Assembly: GCA_018830005.1 (NCBI GenBank)
Contig: JAHJTE010000001.1
Location: forward strand, 65,332 to 129,331
DNA from: Candidatus Omnitrophota bacterium
GTDB taxonomy: Bacteria > Omnitrophota > Gorgyraeia > JAHJTE01
Length of the DNA stretch: 64,000 nucleotides
Direction: 5' to 3'
Under the pieces are notes generated by a model. That model saw only the letters and a list, made by a program, of their open reading frames with translations. It was not told where the DNA came from and did no database searches. The first letter of the stretch is position 1; each line of letters begins with the position of its first letter. This document shows positions 26,702 through 37,159 of the stretch, in pieces. The position numbers and the translations under genes were made by a program.

Positions 26702-28102
26702 ATGAATATTAACGATACTATTGTAGCAATATCAACGCCGATCGGAGAGGCGGGCATTGGCATAGTCCGCTTAAGCGGAAAAAAGAGCCTTTTAATTGCA
26801 GATAAAATCTTTAAATCTGCAAATCATAATGGCCGGAGAAGATTTGTGAGTTCTTCTCTTAAGTCTGGCAGCATTAACTATGGCTGGATAGTAGACAGGC
26901 GCAATCAAAATGTTATTGATGAGGTATTGTTGACAATTATGAAGGCGCCAAAGACATATACCAGAGAGGATATAATAGAGGTCAACTGTCATTCTGGCAT
27001 TGTGCCATTAAAGAAAATCCTCGATCTCCTGCTTAGCTATGGTGCGCGCCTAGCTGAGCCAGGAGAGTTTACACGCAGAGCGTTTCTTAATGGCAGGATT
27101 GATCTTTCCCAGGCAGAATCGGTCCTGGAGATAATACGCACAAGAAGTGAAAGCTATCATCATGCTTGCGTGAATCGTATGAGCGGCGGATTTTCACGCA
27201 AAATTAATAAGTTGAACCAAGAGCTTTTTGATGTGATTGCACAGTGCGAGGCCCAAATTGATTTTCCCGAAGAGGATACAGCCTATCCGCTAAGAAAACT
27301 GCTTAGGCGGGTAGAAAAAATAGAAAATACACTAAAATTTTGCCTGAAGAGCACTCAGGAGGCAAAGGTAGTGCGGGAGGGATTGAGTGTTGCCATATGC
27401 GGCAGGGCAAATGTTGGAAAATCCTCTCTTTTGAATGTATTAATTAATGAGGAGCGCAGCATTGTTACGCCTTATGCTGGAACAACCAGAGATGCAATCG
27501 AGGCATCAGTCTGTTTTGATGGTATACCAATGCGCATCTTTGACACAGCAGGCCTGAGAAGGTCAGATAATCCCGTCGAGAAAGTGGCGGTAAGACGAAG
27601 CGAACAGGTTATAAATAGCAGCAATTTAATATTATTAGTCTTTGATAGCGCATCAGCTATAAAGGAGTCGGATTTGAGTTTTATCAATAAATTTAGACGC
27701 AAGAGGAACGTATTGGTTGTATTGAATAAAATAGATTTGCCTACAAAGATTAATCAGAGTATTATTAAGAGTGCATTCGGAGATTTTACAAAAATATCCG
27801 CATTCAAGATGACGGGATTGGATAAGTTAAAGAAAAGAATCACCAGACGATTTTGGCAGGGTCGAATAACAGAGCTCAATCATGAGTTTGTTGTCAATGC
27901 ACGCCAGGAGAATTTGCTTTTGGATGCAGTAGAATCTTTCCAGAGGGCATTCTCTTCTTTTAAACTTAAGCTTTCATTGGAAATTATTGTTGAGGATTTA
28001 AAAAGAGCTTTATCAGCAGTTAATAAGCTTTGCGGTAGATCGGATGATTATGAACAGGAGCTTTTGGATACAATATTTTCTCAGTTCTGTATCGGCAAAT
28101 AA
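26702..28102 (+). CDS. mnmE: tRNA modification GTPase MnmE
   Basis: G-domain GRANVGKSS, DTAG and NKID motifs. Terminal CIGK tetrapeptide. Confidence 0.85.
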   Translation: MNINDTIVAISTPIGEAGIGIVRLSGKKSLLIADKIFKSANHNGRRRFVSSSLKSGSINYGWIVDRRNQNVIDEVLLTIMKAPKTYTREDIIEVNCHSGIVPLKKILDLLLSYGARLAEPGEFTRRAFLNGRIDLSQAESVLEIIRTRSESYHHACVNRMSGGFSRKINKLNQELFDVIAQCEAQIDFPEEDTAYPLRKLLRRVEKIENTLKFCLKSTQEAKVVREGLSVAICGRANVGKSSLLNVLINEERSIVTPYAGTTRDAIEASVCFDGIPMRIFDTAGLRRSDNPVEKVAVRRSEQVINSSNLILLVFDSASAIKESDLSFINKFRRKRNVLVVLNKIDLPTKINQSIIKSAFGDFTKISAFKMTGLDKLKKRITRRFWQGRITELNHEFVVNARQENLLLDAVESFQRAFSSFKLKLSLEIIVEDLKRALSAVNKLCGRSDDYEQELLDTIFSQFCIGK

Positions 28103-28117
28103 TTAGGGAGTACTAAT

Positions 28118-28678
28118 ATGGATAAGAAAAAAATAGAAAAAGCAATTAGAATGATTTTAGAGGCAATTGGTGAGGATGCGGACAGAAAAGATATGCAAGG
28201 CACGCCACGCCGGGTTGCGGAGATGTATGAGGAGATATTTAGCGGCATAAAAGAAGACCCTAAGAAGGCGATTGAGGTAATCCTTGAACACAAGCACGAT
28301 GAGATAGTACTCTTAAGAGGCATCCCTCTTTATTCAGTCTGTGAGCATCACCTCATTCCATTTATTGGCAAGGCGCACATTGCTTATATTCCTAAGGCGG
28401 GCAGGGTTACGGGATTGAGCAAATTAGCCAGGGTTGTTGACATACTGGCTAAGCGACCTCAGGTCCAGGAGAGATTGACTACTCAGATAGCCGATATACT
28501 TATGCAGAAGTTAAAACCACGCGGGGTTATGGTGGTTGTTGAAGCAGAGCATCTTTGTCTTAGTATGAGAGGAGTCAAGAAACCCGGAATACTTACTATT
28601 ACCAGCGCGGTGAGAGGGATCTTCAAAGATAATTTTAAGACACGTAGCGAAGCGCTTTCTTTAATTAATGCGCGTTGA
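28118..28678 (+). CDS. folE: GTP cyclohydrolase I
   Basis: CEHHLIPF active-site motif. 186 aa. Confidence 0.85.
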   Translation: MDKKKIEKAIRMILEAIGEDADRKDMQGTPRRVAEMYEEIFSGIKEDPKKAIEVILEHKHDEIVLLRGIPLYSVCEHHLIPFIGKAHIAYIPKAGRVTGLSKLARVVDILAKRPQVQERLTTQIADILMQKLKPRGVMVVVEAEHLCLSMRGVKKPGILTITSAVRGIFKDNFKTRSEALSLINAR

Positions 28679-28701
28679 ATTTTTTAGAGCGGAGGGATAA
28701 G

Positions 28702-29097
28702 ATGAAGAGATTTGGTTTGTTTCTAATAGTATCTATTCTCTTTTTTTATGGTTGCGCTACGGTTGAAGGCCCGATAACAAAGAAGAAGTATTCTTCTGAA
28801 GATGACTTAGAATATCAACAGGAGATGTTAGAACATGGCAGGAGGCAATATATAAAGAAGTACCCTGATTTGAGTTTAGAGATGAATAAAGCAATCGCAG
28901 AGGGAAAGATTATAAAGGGTATGAGCAAAGAAGAGGTGAGGGCAAGCTGGGGCGCGCCAACTATTGTTTACCGCACTGCTACTAATAACGTTGTTAATGA
29001 GCAATGGATATACAAAGATATAGATTATACGAATTTAACCAGACGCAGCTATTACTTAAATTTTAAGGATAATCTGCTATATAGCTGGCAGTATTAA
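28702..29097 (+). CDS. hypothetical lipoprotein
   Basis: MKRFGLFLIVSILFFYGC lipobox with a GGAGGG SD. No family assigned. Confidence 0.4.
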   Translation: MKRFGLFLIVSILFFYGCATVEGPITKKKYSSEDDLEYQQEMLEHGRRQYIKKYPDLSLEMNKAIAEGKIIKGMSKEEVRASWGAPTIVYRTATNNVVNEQWIYKDIDYTNLTRRSYYLNFKDNLLYSWQY

Positions 29098-30554
29098 TGA
29101 TTAATATGTTTAACGATATATTCCAGATGAGAAATAACCCCTCAGATATACAGGACTCATTATTTTTGATTCTTCTTATTGGAATGACATTTATCATTGT
29201 ATTTGCCTTTTGTTGGCAGCCAGGATATCTTGACGGTGATTCTCTTGGCTATGCCCAGACTGCAAAGTGGGTGGCTGATTCAGGCAGGTGGTTAGCAATT
29301 AAGGACTCAAGCTGGGGAGGCCAATTTTACTATCATTTTCCTCTTGCGATTTGGGTTAGCGCATTAAGTTTTAAGATATTCGGGGTGAATGTAGTGAGCG
29401 CTTCCTTATTTTCACTCCTTAGTTGCTTAGGTGCTGTAATTGCAATATTTTACTTTGGTAAAATTATCAAAAATAACTGGGTTGGTTTTTTTGCATCCGT
29501 GGTCTTTTTGCTGATTAATTATACCCCTCGTCTCGCCCAGCAATGCCGTATGGACATGCCGCTTACCTTATTTATTATCTTAAGTCTTTACTTTTTTATC
29601 CTCGCAGTTAGAGGTAAAAAGACCTTTTATTTGCTGTTCGGTTTATTCACCAGCCTAGCAATAATGACCAAGGATGTTAATGGTCTTGCGCCATTGGCAA
29701 TAGCATGTATCTATTTACTCATAAGCCGACAATTTAAGAAATTAATTGATCCTTATTTTTTGTTTGGCTTCGTGATCTCCTTTATTCCTGTCTTGCTTTG
29801 GATCTGGCTTGAGAAGCATATATACGGTGAAACCTTATTCGCTAAATGGCTTAATTGGAATTTTCTCCATCTGCTCAGACACAAGGAACTTGCGGCGCCT
29901 TTTTATTATTATCCGCGTGAGATTATAAAACGATATTTTTATTTTGTTCCTATTTTTGTTCATGGCGCCTTTCTTGCAATTCGCCAGGCCAAAACAAGAG
30001 AATCCGATCAACCTTTGTTGATTTTAACCTGGGCCGTATTTATCCCTTTTGCCTTTTCCTTCGGTAATCGCAAACTTCACTACTTTATTTATTCTATGTA
30101 TCCAGCTGCCGCACTCCTGGCCGGGATTGCTCTGAATGAGCTATGTAAACAAAAGATTAAGTTGCGTATTTTAAAGATATTTATTGTTGGTTTGATTTTC
30201 TTAGGGCTATTGCGTCTATCTATTCCAGTTCGTTGGGGCAAGACATTTTTTATGGATAAAGTGCAAGTTGCAGCGTATATAGATAGTCTTTTACAAGAAG
30301 AGCAGCACTATGATTTTTTTACATTTAACCAACACGATGCTGCTCTAATTATCTACTCTCAAGAATTAGATAATATTACACACATAAAAGATTACGAATC
30401 TCTGAAAAATCTATTAGAAAACAAGGCGTCAGTAAATAAAAGATTCTGCCTTATTAATAAAGTAGATTTTAATTCCTTGAGCGCGTCAATAAAGAATGGG
30501 TGGCATATACTATTAATATTGAATGAGGAGATATTAATTGCTAACAGACTATGA
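29097..30554 (+). CDS. GT-C fold glycosyltransferase (family 39/83, ArnT/PMT-like) membrane protein
   Basis: 485 aa with about 11 TM helices and ArnT-like loop regions. TAATG overlap with the upstream gene. Confidence 0.5.
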   Translation: MINMFNDIFQMRNNPSDIQDSLFLILLIGMTFIIVFAFCWQPGYLDGDSLGYAQTAKWVADSGRWLAIKDSSWGGQFYYHFPLAIWVSALSFKIFGVNVVSASLFSLLSCLGAVIAIFYFGKIIKNNWVGFFASVVFLLINYTPRLAQQCRMDMPLTLFIILSLYFFILAVRGKKTFYLLFGLFTSLAIMTKDVNGLAPLAIACIYLLISRQFKKLIDPYFLFGFVISFIPVLLWIWLEKHIYGETLFAKWLNWNFLHLLRHKELAAPFYYYPREIIKRYFYFVPIFVHGAFLAIRQAKTRESDQPLLILTWAVFIPFAFSFGNRKLHYFIYSMYPAAALLAGIALNELCKQKIKLRILKIFIVGLIFLGLLRLSIPVRWGKTFFMDKVQVAAYIDSLLQEEQHYDFFTFNQHDAALIIYSQELDNITHIKDYESLKNLLENKASVNKRFCLINKVDFNSLSASIKNGWHILLILNEEILIANRL

Positions 30555-30952
30555 AACAGAATAATATCAAGCCTTTTGTTATATTAGGAAAAATCGCCAT
30601 GTTATTGCCAACGCTTATAGTGCTTAATCTATTTTTTGGCTGGGTATTTTTCGGCTTTTATTACTGGCTACTAATCGAGATAGCATTAATATTTCTTTTG
30701 ATGTTTACTTTTGTCCTTTTTGGAAAGGGGCTTTATACAAATTTCTTTAAACATACACAGAATACTTTTGATAAAGATGTTATTGATGTAGAGGGAGGCT
30801 CTTTGGATGAAGAAGAAGAGATCCCAACTTGGCATCCACCCGTAAGCTGTCCGAAATGTTACAGTAAGAACACGCATTTTGTTGAACCTCATTATGAGAT
30901 GAGTGTATATGAGTGTGAAAATTGCAAGATGAGGTTTGAGACAGAGGAGTAA
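30551..30952 (+). CDS. small membrane protein with a C-terminal zinc-ribbon (CPKC...CENC)
   Basis: Two TM helices, then a CxxC-x17-CxxC motif. Confidence 0.3.
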   Translation: MKQNNIKPFVILGKIAMLLPTLIVLNLFFGWVFFGFYYWLLIEIALIFLLMFTFVLFGKGLYTNFFKHTQNTFDKDVIDVEGGSLDEEEEIPTWHPPVSCPKCYSKNTHFVEPHYEMSVYECENCKMRFETEE

Positions 30953-31055
30953 ACGCGGATGATTGCGAATTTTCTGTTTGTGGTAACCCGCGGATGAGAG
31001 CATAGAAATGATTATAGATATCTAGATAAGCGAGTTCGCGCGTTAGCGGGTTAAC

Positions 31056-31075
31056 AAAATCTCCAAGGAGATTTT
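31056..31075. promoter_or_regulatory. perfect 9 bp inverted repeat (AAAATCTCC-AA-GGAGATTTT), candidate operator
   Basis: Seen directly about 200 bp upstream of the Cys-rich pilin gene. A 2 nt spacer is too tight for an RNA hairpin loop, which favours a protein-binding site. Two CGCGGATGA direct repeats lie 60-100 bp further upstream. Confidence 0.3.
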
Positions 31076-31278
31076 TAAATTAATTTGTTATCTGCTAAAG
31101 AGAAAAATTATTCCTTTATTCTTTTGTCTACTTTATTCGTTCCTTACCAAATTTTGACCTTTTCTACTGTTTATTCAAGTAGTATAATTGTTATATACAG
31201 GTTAGCAGAGTAGTCACAATAAATTCGCTCCATGTTTTTTTGTACAAGTAAGAATGAGGAGAAATTTAGGAGCAAGAG

Positions 31279-31728
31279 ATGAAGAGAAAGAGGGGCAATA
31301 ACCAATCTTTTACTCTTCTGGAATTGATCATTGCCTTGGCATTATTGGCAATTCTTGCCAGTTATGCTGTTGCGCGGTTTGTAGATATAGCGAACAAGGC
31401 ATTAGATGTACAGGAAAGGGCGACGATGTGTGCCCTAAAGTCTGCTGCCCTTCTGTATTTTGCCGCTAACGGTAGATGGTGGGGGGTAAATTCAAGCGAG
31501 AATCCATTTGATCTTTTGGAGAATCCGCCGCCTCATTGTATTGACTGTGCCATTAAGGAGAATGTAGAGTGGTATTTGCATTTTTCGATAGACCAGTGGC
31601 AAATAATATGCCCCCATGCATTCTATCCCTGTTCGCTGCCTGACCCGCCAAATTGTAGAGGTAAGAAATGGTTATTTACTGCTGAGGGCGCAGTGGTGGA
31701 TTGTTATCAGGATCTCCCACATAAATAA
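31279..31728 (+). CDS. type IV pilin-like protein, Cys-rich
   Basis: N-terminal FTLLELIIALALLAIL class-III hydrophobic helix with Glu+5. Ser (not Gly) sits at -1 of the predicted cleavage site. Seven Cys in the C-terminal half. AGGAG SD. Confidence 0.55.
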   Translation: MKRKRGNNQSFTLLELIIALALLAILASYAVARFVDIANKALDVQERATMCALKSAALLYFAANGRWWGVNSSENPFDLLENPPPHCIDCAIKENVEWYLHFSIDQWQIICPHAFYPCSLPDPPNCRGKKWLFTAEGAVVDCYQDLPHK

Positions 31729-31905
31729 CCGGTAGATCGCTTATCCTTTATCGGACCTAGGGATTGCCGTGTTATAATTACTAAGTCACTGAGCCATTGG
31801 TCTAGATTTTTCTATAGGGGGTTCAACAATTAACTGGTTAACTTGCAAACACACTAACTCGATAACAGATAATATGCGTTCATCTATATATAAGATGGAA
31901 GGGCA

Positions 31906-32322
31906 ATGAAGGTCTTAACAGAGTATCTTTCCTTTAATACGAGGACGAAATACGCATTTATTAATATAACAGATCAGGTGGAGGAGCTTCTCAAGAAGAG
32001 TAAGGTGAAAGAGGGCCTTTGTCTGGTCAATGCCATGCATATCACTTCAAGTGTATTTATAAATGATGATGAGTCTGGCCTGCACCATGATTTTGATGTT
32101 TGGCTGGAGAAACTTGCACCGCATGAGCCGATATCCCAGTATAAGCACAATAATGGCGAAGATAATGCTGACGCACATCTAAAGCGCACAATTATGGGCA
32201 GAGAGGTTGTTGTGGCTATCACGCTCGCTAAGCTTGATTTTGGGCCTTGGGAGCAGATTTTTTACGGAGAATTTGACGGCCAGAGGAGAAAAAGAGTATT
32301 AGTTAAGATTATCGGTGAATAA
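31906..32322 (+). CDS. YjbQ/UPF0047 family protein (second paralog)
   Basis: 138 aa with [15 protein letters not shown]...[11 protein letters not shown], homologous to the 10407 gene. Confidence 0.7.
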   Translation: MKVLTEYLSFNTRTKYAFINITDQVEELLKKSKVKEGLCLVNAMHITSSVFINDDESGLHHDFDVWLEKLAPHEPISQYKHNNGEDNADAHLKRTIMGREVVVAITLAKLDFGPWEQIFYGEFDGQRRKRVLVKIIGE

Positions 32323-32607
32323 ATGTGGTCTATGAAATGACTAAAGAAAAGATTACAAGAAGACAGAAGAATATATGGCGTCTACAAAGAGAGAGAAAGC
32401 AATTACATAAGGATAAATTAAAGGCATTTCAAAAGACTCGCATATAGTCTTCCTATTCTTCCTTCCCACAAATCTATCTATCAGTCTTTTGTTTTGGAGA
32501 GCATAATAACGCCGTGACAAAATCCTTGCTTTTTAGAATGGATATGATTATAATTAATCTAACACAGCAGGAAGCAACGTCAAAAAAAAGGGCAGGGTGA
32601 GGATATT

Positions 32608-33213
32608 ATGAAAAAGAGGATTATTAGAATAGTTGTGGCCATTCTGATAGGATTGGCTGTATTTTCTTTTTGGAATTATCTTTCTTTGTTTAGAATGACA
32701 AAACAACTTGCTGCGGATTTAGCCAAGGCGCATACGGCGATCTCACAATTAAAGGTAGATCTGGATGGTGAAATTGTTTCTAATAGGCGTCTTGTGCAGG
32801 AGAAAATAATTTTAGAGCGTGGATTTGTTTTTGCTAAGGAAGAGATAACAAGATCAAAGCAGGCAATTGAGGGCTTGGAGCAGGATATAAGTGGCCTAAA
32901 AGTACATGCAGACGCTTTAGAGAAGGATAATGAAACCTTGCGCTCGCGTATAAATAGGTTAGCTGTGGCAGGAAAGAGGTTAATAGTAAAGGCTAAAGAG
33001 CTAATACAAGAAAAGGAAGATCTCCAGATGCGGCTTAATTCAGTGACTGAGTTAAAAAAGGTAATTAAGCGGCTTAAAGACAATCCTTCAGAAGAGCTCC
33101 AATCTCAGAGTAAAGAAGGAGATGATTCTTCTGGTAATAAAGGCTACTTAATTAAAAGAGGAAAATCTACTCATAAATCCAGCATCGATATCAGAGTCTT
33201 ACCTGTACCTTAA
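32608..33213 (+). CDS. hypothetical membrane-anchored coiled-coil protein
   Basis: N-terminal TM, then heptad-like charged repeats. Confidence 0.3.
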   Translation: MKKRIIRIVVAILIGLAVFSFWNYLSLFRMTKQLAADLAKAHTAISQLKVDLDGEIVSNRRLVQEKIILERGFVFAKEEITRSKQAIEGLEQDISGLKVHADALEKDNETLRSRINRLAVAGKRLIVKAKELIQEKEDLQMRLNSVTELKKVIKRLKDNPSEELQSQSKEGDDSSGNKGYLIKRGKSTHKSSIDIRVLPVP

Positions 33214-33223
33214 TAATAAATAA

Positions 33224-33673
33224 ATGACTAAAGGTATTATATCCGCAGCATTAAATAATGACATCCTTATCAGTACCCTTTTAGGATGGGTGACTGCTCA
33301 AGGCATAAAGATAGGTATAGGCACAATTCGCGAGAAGCAATTTGACTTTAGATGGCTGCTGGGAACCGGCGGTATGCCTTCAGCACATGCTGCAGGAGTC
33401 GCCTCCTTAGCTACTGCAATAGGAATTGAGTTTGGTTTTGATTCTGCCTTGTTTGCTCTAGGCCTAACTTTTGCTGTAGTTACTATGTTTGACGCTCAAG
33501 GCGTAAGACGCGCAGCAGGCAAACAAGCAAGCATCCTGAATAAATTAATTTCAGAACACCCTGAAAATATCAAGGTGCAAGAAAAGAGGCTTATAGAATT
33601 ATTGGGTCATACACCGATTGAGGTTATTGCTGGGGCGTTTGTGGGCATTCTTGTTGCTTTAAGCTATTTATAA
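33224..33673 (+). CDS. divergent PAP2 family protein (YuiD/DUF212-like)
   Basis: GGMPSAHAAGVASLATAIG motif characteristic of the divergent PAP2 family. Confidence 0.6.
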   Translation: MTKGIISAALNNDILISTLLGWVTAQGIKIGIGTIREKQFDFRWLLGTGGMPSAHAAGVASLATAIGIEFGFDSALFALGLTFAVVTMFDAQGVRRAAGKQASILNKLISEHPENIKVQEKRLIELLGHTPIEVIAGAFVGILVALSYL

Positions 33674-33728
33674 TCATCACATTATTTTTGCAACTATCTG
33701 CGGCTAAGGCAGATAAAACATTTGGAGC

Positions 33729-34556
33729 TTGTTTATGAAGAGAAATGTTATTATTTTGATCAGCGTTATTTTGGCTGTTCTTTTAGTTTTATTCTTTGTT
33801 TTTTCTTTATCAGGCAAAAAGGTTTCCTCTGGCTTAAAGGAAAGTAGCGATGTCCCTTCTGTATCAGAGCTTTTTGATATAGCCGGACTTGCTCAAAACA
33901 AAGGCGATTTGCTCCAGGCAAAAGAGGCTTACCAACGTATCATATCTATAGCCAGTGACAATAAGATTATCACTAAGGCGGGTGAAGAGCTTTATGATCT
34001 TAATATCCGTATAATCTTTTCAACATTGCAGACAGAAAAGACGATTATCTATGAGGTTAAGCCTGGCGATGTCCTATCTAAGATTGCCAAGAAATTCAAT
34101 ACCACCGTTGCCTTGATAAAACGTAGCAACAACTTAAAGAGCAACGTTATAAGACCAGAGCAGCGCCTGCGCATATGGACTGAGAAATTTTCCTGTATTG
34201 TGGACAAATCCCAGAATACATTGACCCTTAAATCCGATGATGAAGTGGTTAAGGTATATACAGTTTCTACAGGCAAGCACAATTCCACTCCTGTAGGAAT
34301 ATTTACAATAACTAGCAAATTAATAGATCCTGTCTGGTATAAACAGGGGGCGATAGTTTTGCCTGATAGCCCTGAGAATATATTGGGGTCCCGCTGGTTG
34401 GGTTTTTCTATCGCTGGTTACGGTATACACGGGACAACAGAGCCAGAGACCATTGGCCAGCAGATAACAGCCGGTTGTGTACGCATGGTTAACCAACAAG
34501 TAGAAGAATTGTTCGATCTCCTTCCTTTAGGTACTGAGGTAACTGTAATAGACTAA
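33729..34556 (+). CDS. L,D-transpeptidase with a LysM domain
   Basis: LysM (YEVKPGDVLSKIAKKFNTTVALIKRSNNL) and a YkuD catalytic domain (HGT...AGCVRM). Confidence 0.75.
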   Translation: MFMKRNVIILISVILAVLLVLFFVFSLSGKKVSSGLKESSDVPSVSELFDIAGLAQNKGDLLQAKEAYQRIISIASDNKIITKAGEELYDLNIRIIFSTLQTEKTIIYEVKPGDVLSKIAKKFNTTVALIKRSNNLKSNVIRPEQRLRIWTEKFSCIVDKSQNTLTLKSDDEVVKVYTVSTGKHNSTPVGIFTITSKLIDPVWYKQGAIVLPDSPENILGSRWLGFSIAGYGIHGTTEPETIGQQITAGCVRMVNQQVEELFDLLPLGTEVTVID

Positions 34557-34647
34557 GTGCTTATCCATACGATTTTTCAAAGCTTCCGTAAACGCCAATG
34601 TAGCAAAATGACTGTATTTTAATATTCTATTTTTGACTTAAAAAGAT

Positions 34648-35601
34648 ATGAATGGATTAGATTTTGAAAAACCAATTATAGAACTAGAAAGAAAGATTGA
34701 AGAACTGAGGAATTTTACCTCTGATAAAAAAATCGACATCAAAGCAGAAATAAATAAGCTGGAGGAGAAGTTAAAGAAACTTAAAAAAGAAATCTATAGT
34801 AATCTTAGTGCCTGGCAGCGAGTTCAGATTGCGCGCCATCCCAAAAGGCCTTATTCAGCCGATTATATCCAGATGATCTTGACTGATTTCTTAGAGTTAC
34901 ACGGGGATAGGGCTTTTGCTGATGATTTGGCGATTATCGGTGGTCTAGCTAAACTTGAGGGGCGTAAGATAGTTGTTATAGGCCATCAAAAAGGCAGAGA
35001 TACAAAGGAAAATATATTGCGTAATTTTGGCTGTGCTCATCCTGAAGGATATCGCAAAAGCATAAGACTTATGGAGCTAGCGGAAGATTTCAAACTTCCG
35101 ATTCTCACATTCATTGATACCCCTGGAGCATATCCAGGCATAGGCGCAGAAGAAAGAGGACAGGCCGTAGCAATAGCTTATAATCTTAGAAGAATGATTT
35201 CTTTGGCAGTGCCGATTGTAGTTGTTGTTATTGGAGAAGGTGGTAGTGGCGGAGCTTTAGGCATAAGCGTTGGTGATAAAATCTGCGTTATGGAAAACGC
35301 CTATTATTCTGTAATTTCCCCTGAAGGATGTGCAGCCATACTTTGGAAGGACAGCAGCAAGGCGCCTTTGGCTTCTGAGACCCTCAAGATGACAGCAAAA
35401 GATTTATTGGATTTTGGGATTATTGACGAGGTAATATCTGAACCATTGGGAGGCGCCCACCGCGATCCTCATAAAGCAGGCAATGAGATGAAATCGACAA
35501 TTATAAGGCTGTTTGATGAATTGGATTCAAAGAGTATTGATAAAATCTTACAGGCTCGTTACGAAAAATTCAGGAGCATTGGCCGTATTCAGTCTAGCTA
35601 A
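34648..35601 (+). CDS. accA: acetyl-CoA carboxylase carboxyltransferase subunit alpha
   Basis: Full-length match to the AccA pattern (PILTFIDTPGAYPG, GEGGSGGAL). Confidence 0.9.
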   Translation: MNGLDFEKPIIELERKIEELRNFTSDKKIDIKAEINKLEEKLKKLKKEIYSNLSAWQRVQIARHPKRPYSADYIQMILTDFLELHGDRAFADDLAIIGGLAKLEGRKIVVIGHQKGRDTKENILRNFGCAHPEGYRKSIRLMELAEDFKLPILTFIDTPGAYPGIGAEERGQAVAIAYNLRRMISLAVPIVVVVIGEGGSGGALGISVGDKICVMENAYYSVISPEGCAAILWKDSSKAPLASETLKMTAKDLLDFGIIDEVISEPLGGAHRDPHKAGNEMKSTIIRLFDELDSKSIDKILQARYEKFRSIGRIQSS

Positions 35602-35620
35602 TCATAATAAGCAGGCAACG

Positions 35621-36124
35621 ATGATAAATTATTCAAGAAGAAAAACACCTCTTTTACTATTTGCGGTTTGCATTGCGGCTGTATTTCTTAGTGGTTGCGC
35701 TGCAATCTATAAGATTGAGCGTGCTGGAAAGAAGTACAATAATGGTTATGTCGTAAAAAGAAATGAAGTTATTATCCCTGAATTCACTATAGATAATCAA
35801 GGAAAAGCTCCGGAGGATATCAAGACTGCAGAGCAGCGCCTCAAGCGCAGAAAAAAGAAGATATTGCATTTCTATGAAGAGATTGGATATTTTGGCTCAA
35901 GAGTTATGGAGAACACTCGACTCTTTTTAGCATCTTTCTCTGCTCCTTTTCGTGCTCCCGTAGAAGGTGCGAAATACCATAAATATGAAAATGACCCGGA
36001 CTACCGCGCTAAGATTGATGCCCAGGATGAGGAAGAGGAAAGAATAGAGCAGGAAAGGATTGAGTCTATCCAGGCCCAGATGCAGCAATATATAGAAGAG
36101 GATTTAAGGCTGGAGCAGGAATAG
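35621..36124 (+). CDS. hypothetical lipoprotein
   Basis: Lipobox AVFLSGCAA. Acidic coiled-coil C-terminus. Start set at ATG 35621 to avoid overlap with accA. Confidence 0.35.
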   Translation: MINYSRRKTPLLLFAVCIAAVFLSGCAAIYKIERAGKKYNNGYVVKRNEVIIPEFTIDNQGKAPEDIKTAEQRLKRRKKKILHFYEEIGYFGSRVMENTRLFLASFSAPFRAPVEGAKYHKYENDPDYRAKIDAQDEEEERIEQERIESIQAQMQQYIEEDLRLEQE

Positions 36125-36138
36125 CTAGAAGGAATCAT

Positions 36139-36591
36139 ATGTTTCCTAGAAGAGGTATAACATTAATAGAATTGGCAATAACTAGTGCGATTATTATTAT
36201 TACTTTTGTTGCCTTTTTATTCGGCATAGTCAGCTGTTTTAAATTAGCCCAGGTCTCAAAGGAGTCATTTTTCGTCTTGTATAGTGCTTCTGCAAAGATG
36301 GAAGAGATTAGAGGGCATAATTTTATTGATGTTTATAATTATTATAACGGACATACTTTCGAAGTTGCTGAATTACCGGCTGGATCAAGCAAGGGCACTG
36401 TTACTATAGACAATTCAAATCCGGATCTTCTAAAGGCATATATCGCAGTATGCTGGAGGAGTTCTGATGGCAGGGTTATTGGTGAGGATGCCAATTTGGA
36501 TGGCATCTTAGATCCAGCAGAAGATACCAATCCCAATAATAATAAGATGGATTCTCCAGTTACCCTTGCTAGCTATGTCACAAGACGCTAA
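36139..36591 (+). CDS. prepilin-type N-terminal cleavage/methylation domain protein (pseudopilin)
   Basis: RRG|ITLIELAITSAIIII with Glu+5. Confidence 0.65.
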   Translation: MFPRRGITLIELAITSAIIIITFVAFLFGIVSCFKLAQVSKESFFVLYSASAKMEEIRGHNFIDVYNYYNGHTFEVAELPAGSSKGTVTIDNSNPDLLKAYIAVCWRSSDGRVIGEDANLDGILDPAEDTNPNNNKMDSPVTLASYVTRR

Positions 36592-36595
36592 ACCC

Positions 36596-37159
36596 ATGAA
36601 GACAAACAGAGCTATAACCCTTGCTGAGTTTATGATTGCTGCATTTGTCTTTTTAGTTGTTTCTTTAGCCTTAGTTTTGACCTTAAATTACACCCGGCAA
36701 TCAATAGAGGTAGTTATAGTAAGTACAGAGCTCCAGGAAGAGATGTACAATGCCTTAAGCTTGGTAACTGCTGAATTGAGAGAGACTACTAGCACCAAGA
36801 TAAACGATGGTCCTATACTTGCTGATGGTATGTGGTATAATTCCATTACTTTCGCCATACCCTATGATATTGATGCTGATGGTGATATACTAGATTCTTC
36901 GGGTTTAATCGAGTGGTCAGATCAGAATCCAGCAAATTGGACACTCACCTATGCACTTTCAGGAAGCCAGTTAATTAGGACTGCCGGAGACGGCCGTGCT
37001 CCTATTCTGGCTAACCATGTAACATCGTTGCTGTTTAGGCGTTCTGTAGTTGCGCCTTCATTCATAGATGTTTCAATCATTCTTCAGAAAGATACGTTTT
37101 TCAATCGTACGATCGAAATTTCATTAACTAATCAAGTCAAAATGAGGAATGAACCATGA
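36596..37159 (+). CDS. pseudopilin-like protein
   Basis: NRA|ITLAEFMIAAFVFLVV with Glu+5. Ala at -1. Confidence 0.55.
   Translation: MKTNRAITLAEFMIAAFVFLVVSLALVLTLNYTRQSIEVVIVSTELQEEMYNALSLVTAELRETTSTKINDGPILADGMWYNSITFAIPYDIDADGDILDSSGLIEWSDQNPANWTLTYALSGSQLIRTAGDGRAPILANHVTSLLFRRSVVAPSFIDVSIILQKDTFFNRTIEISLTNQVKMRNEP

Noticed and set aside
31830-31842. GTTAAC-TG-GTTAAC motif upstream of the YjbQ paralog as a palindromic operator
   Set aside because: On inspection it is a direct repeat of a short self-complementary hexamer rather than a true extended inverted repeat, and likely arises by chance in AT-rich DNA.
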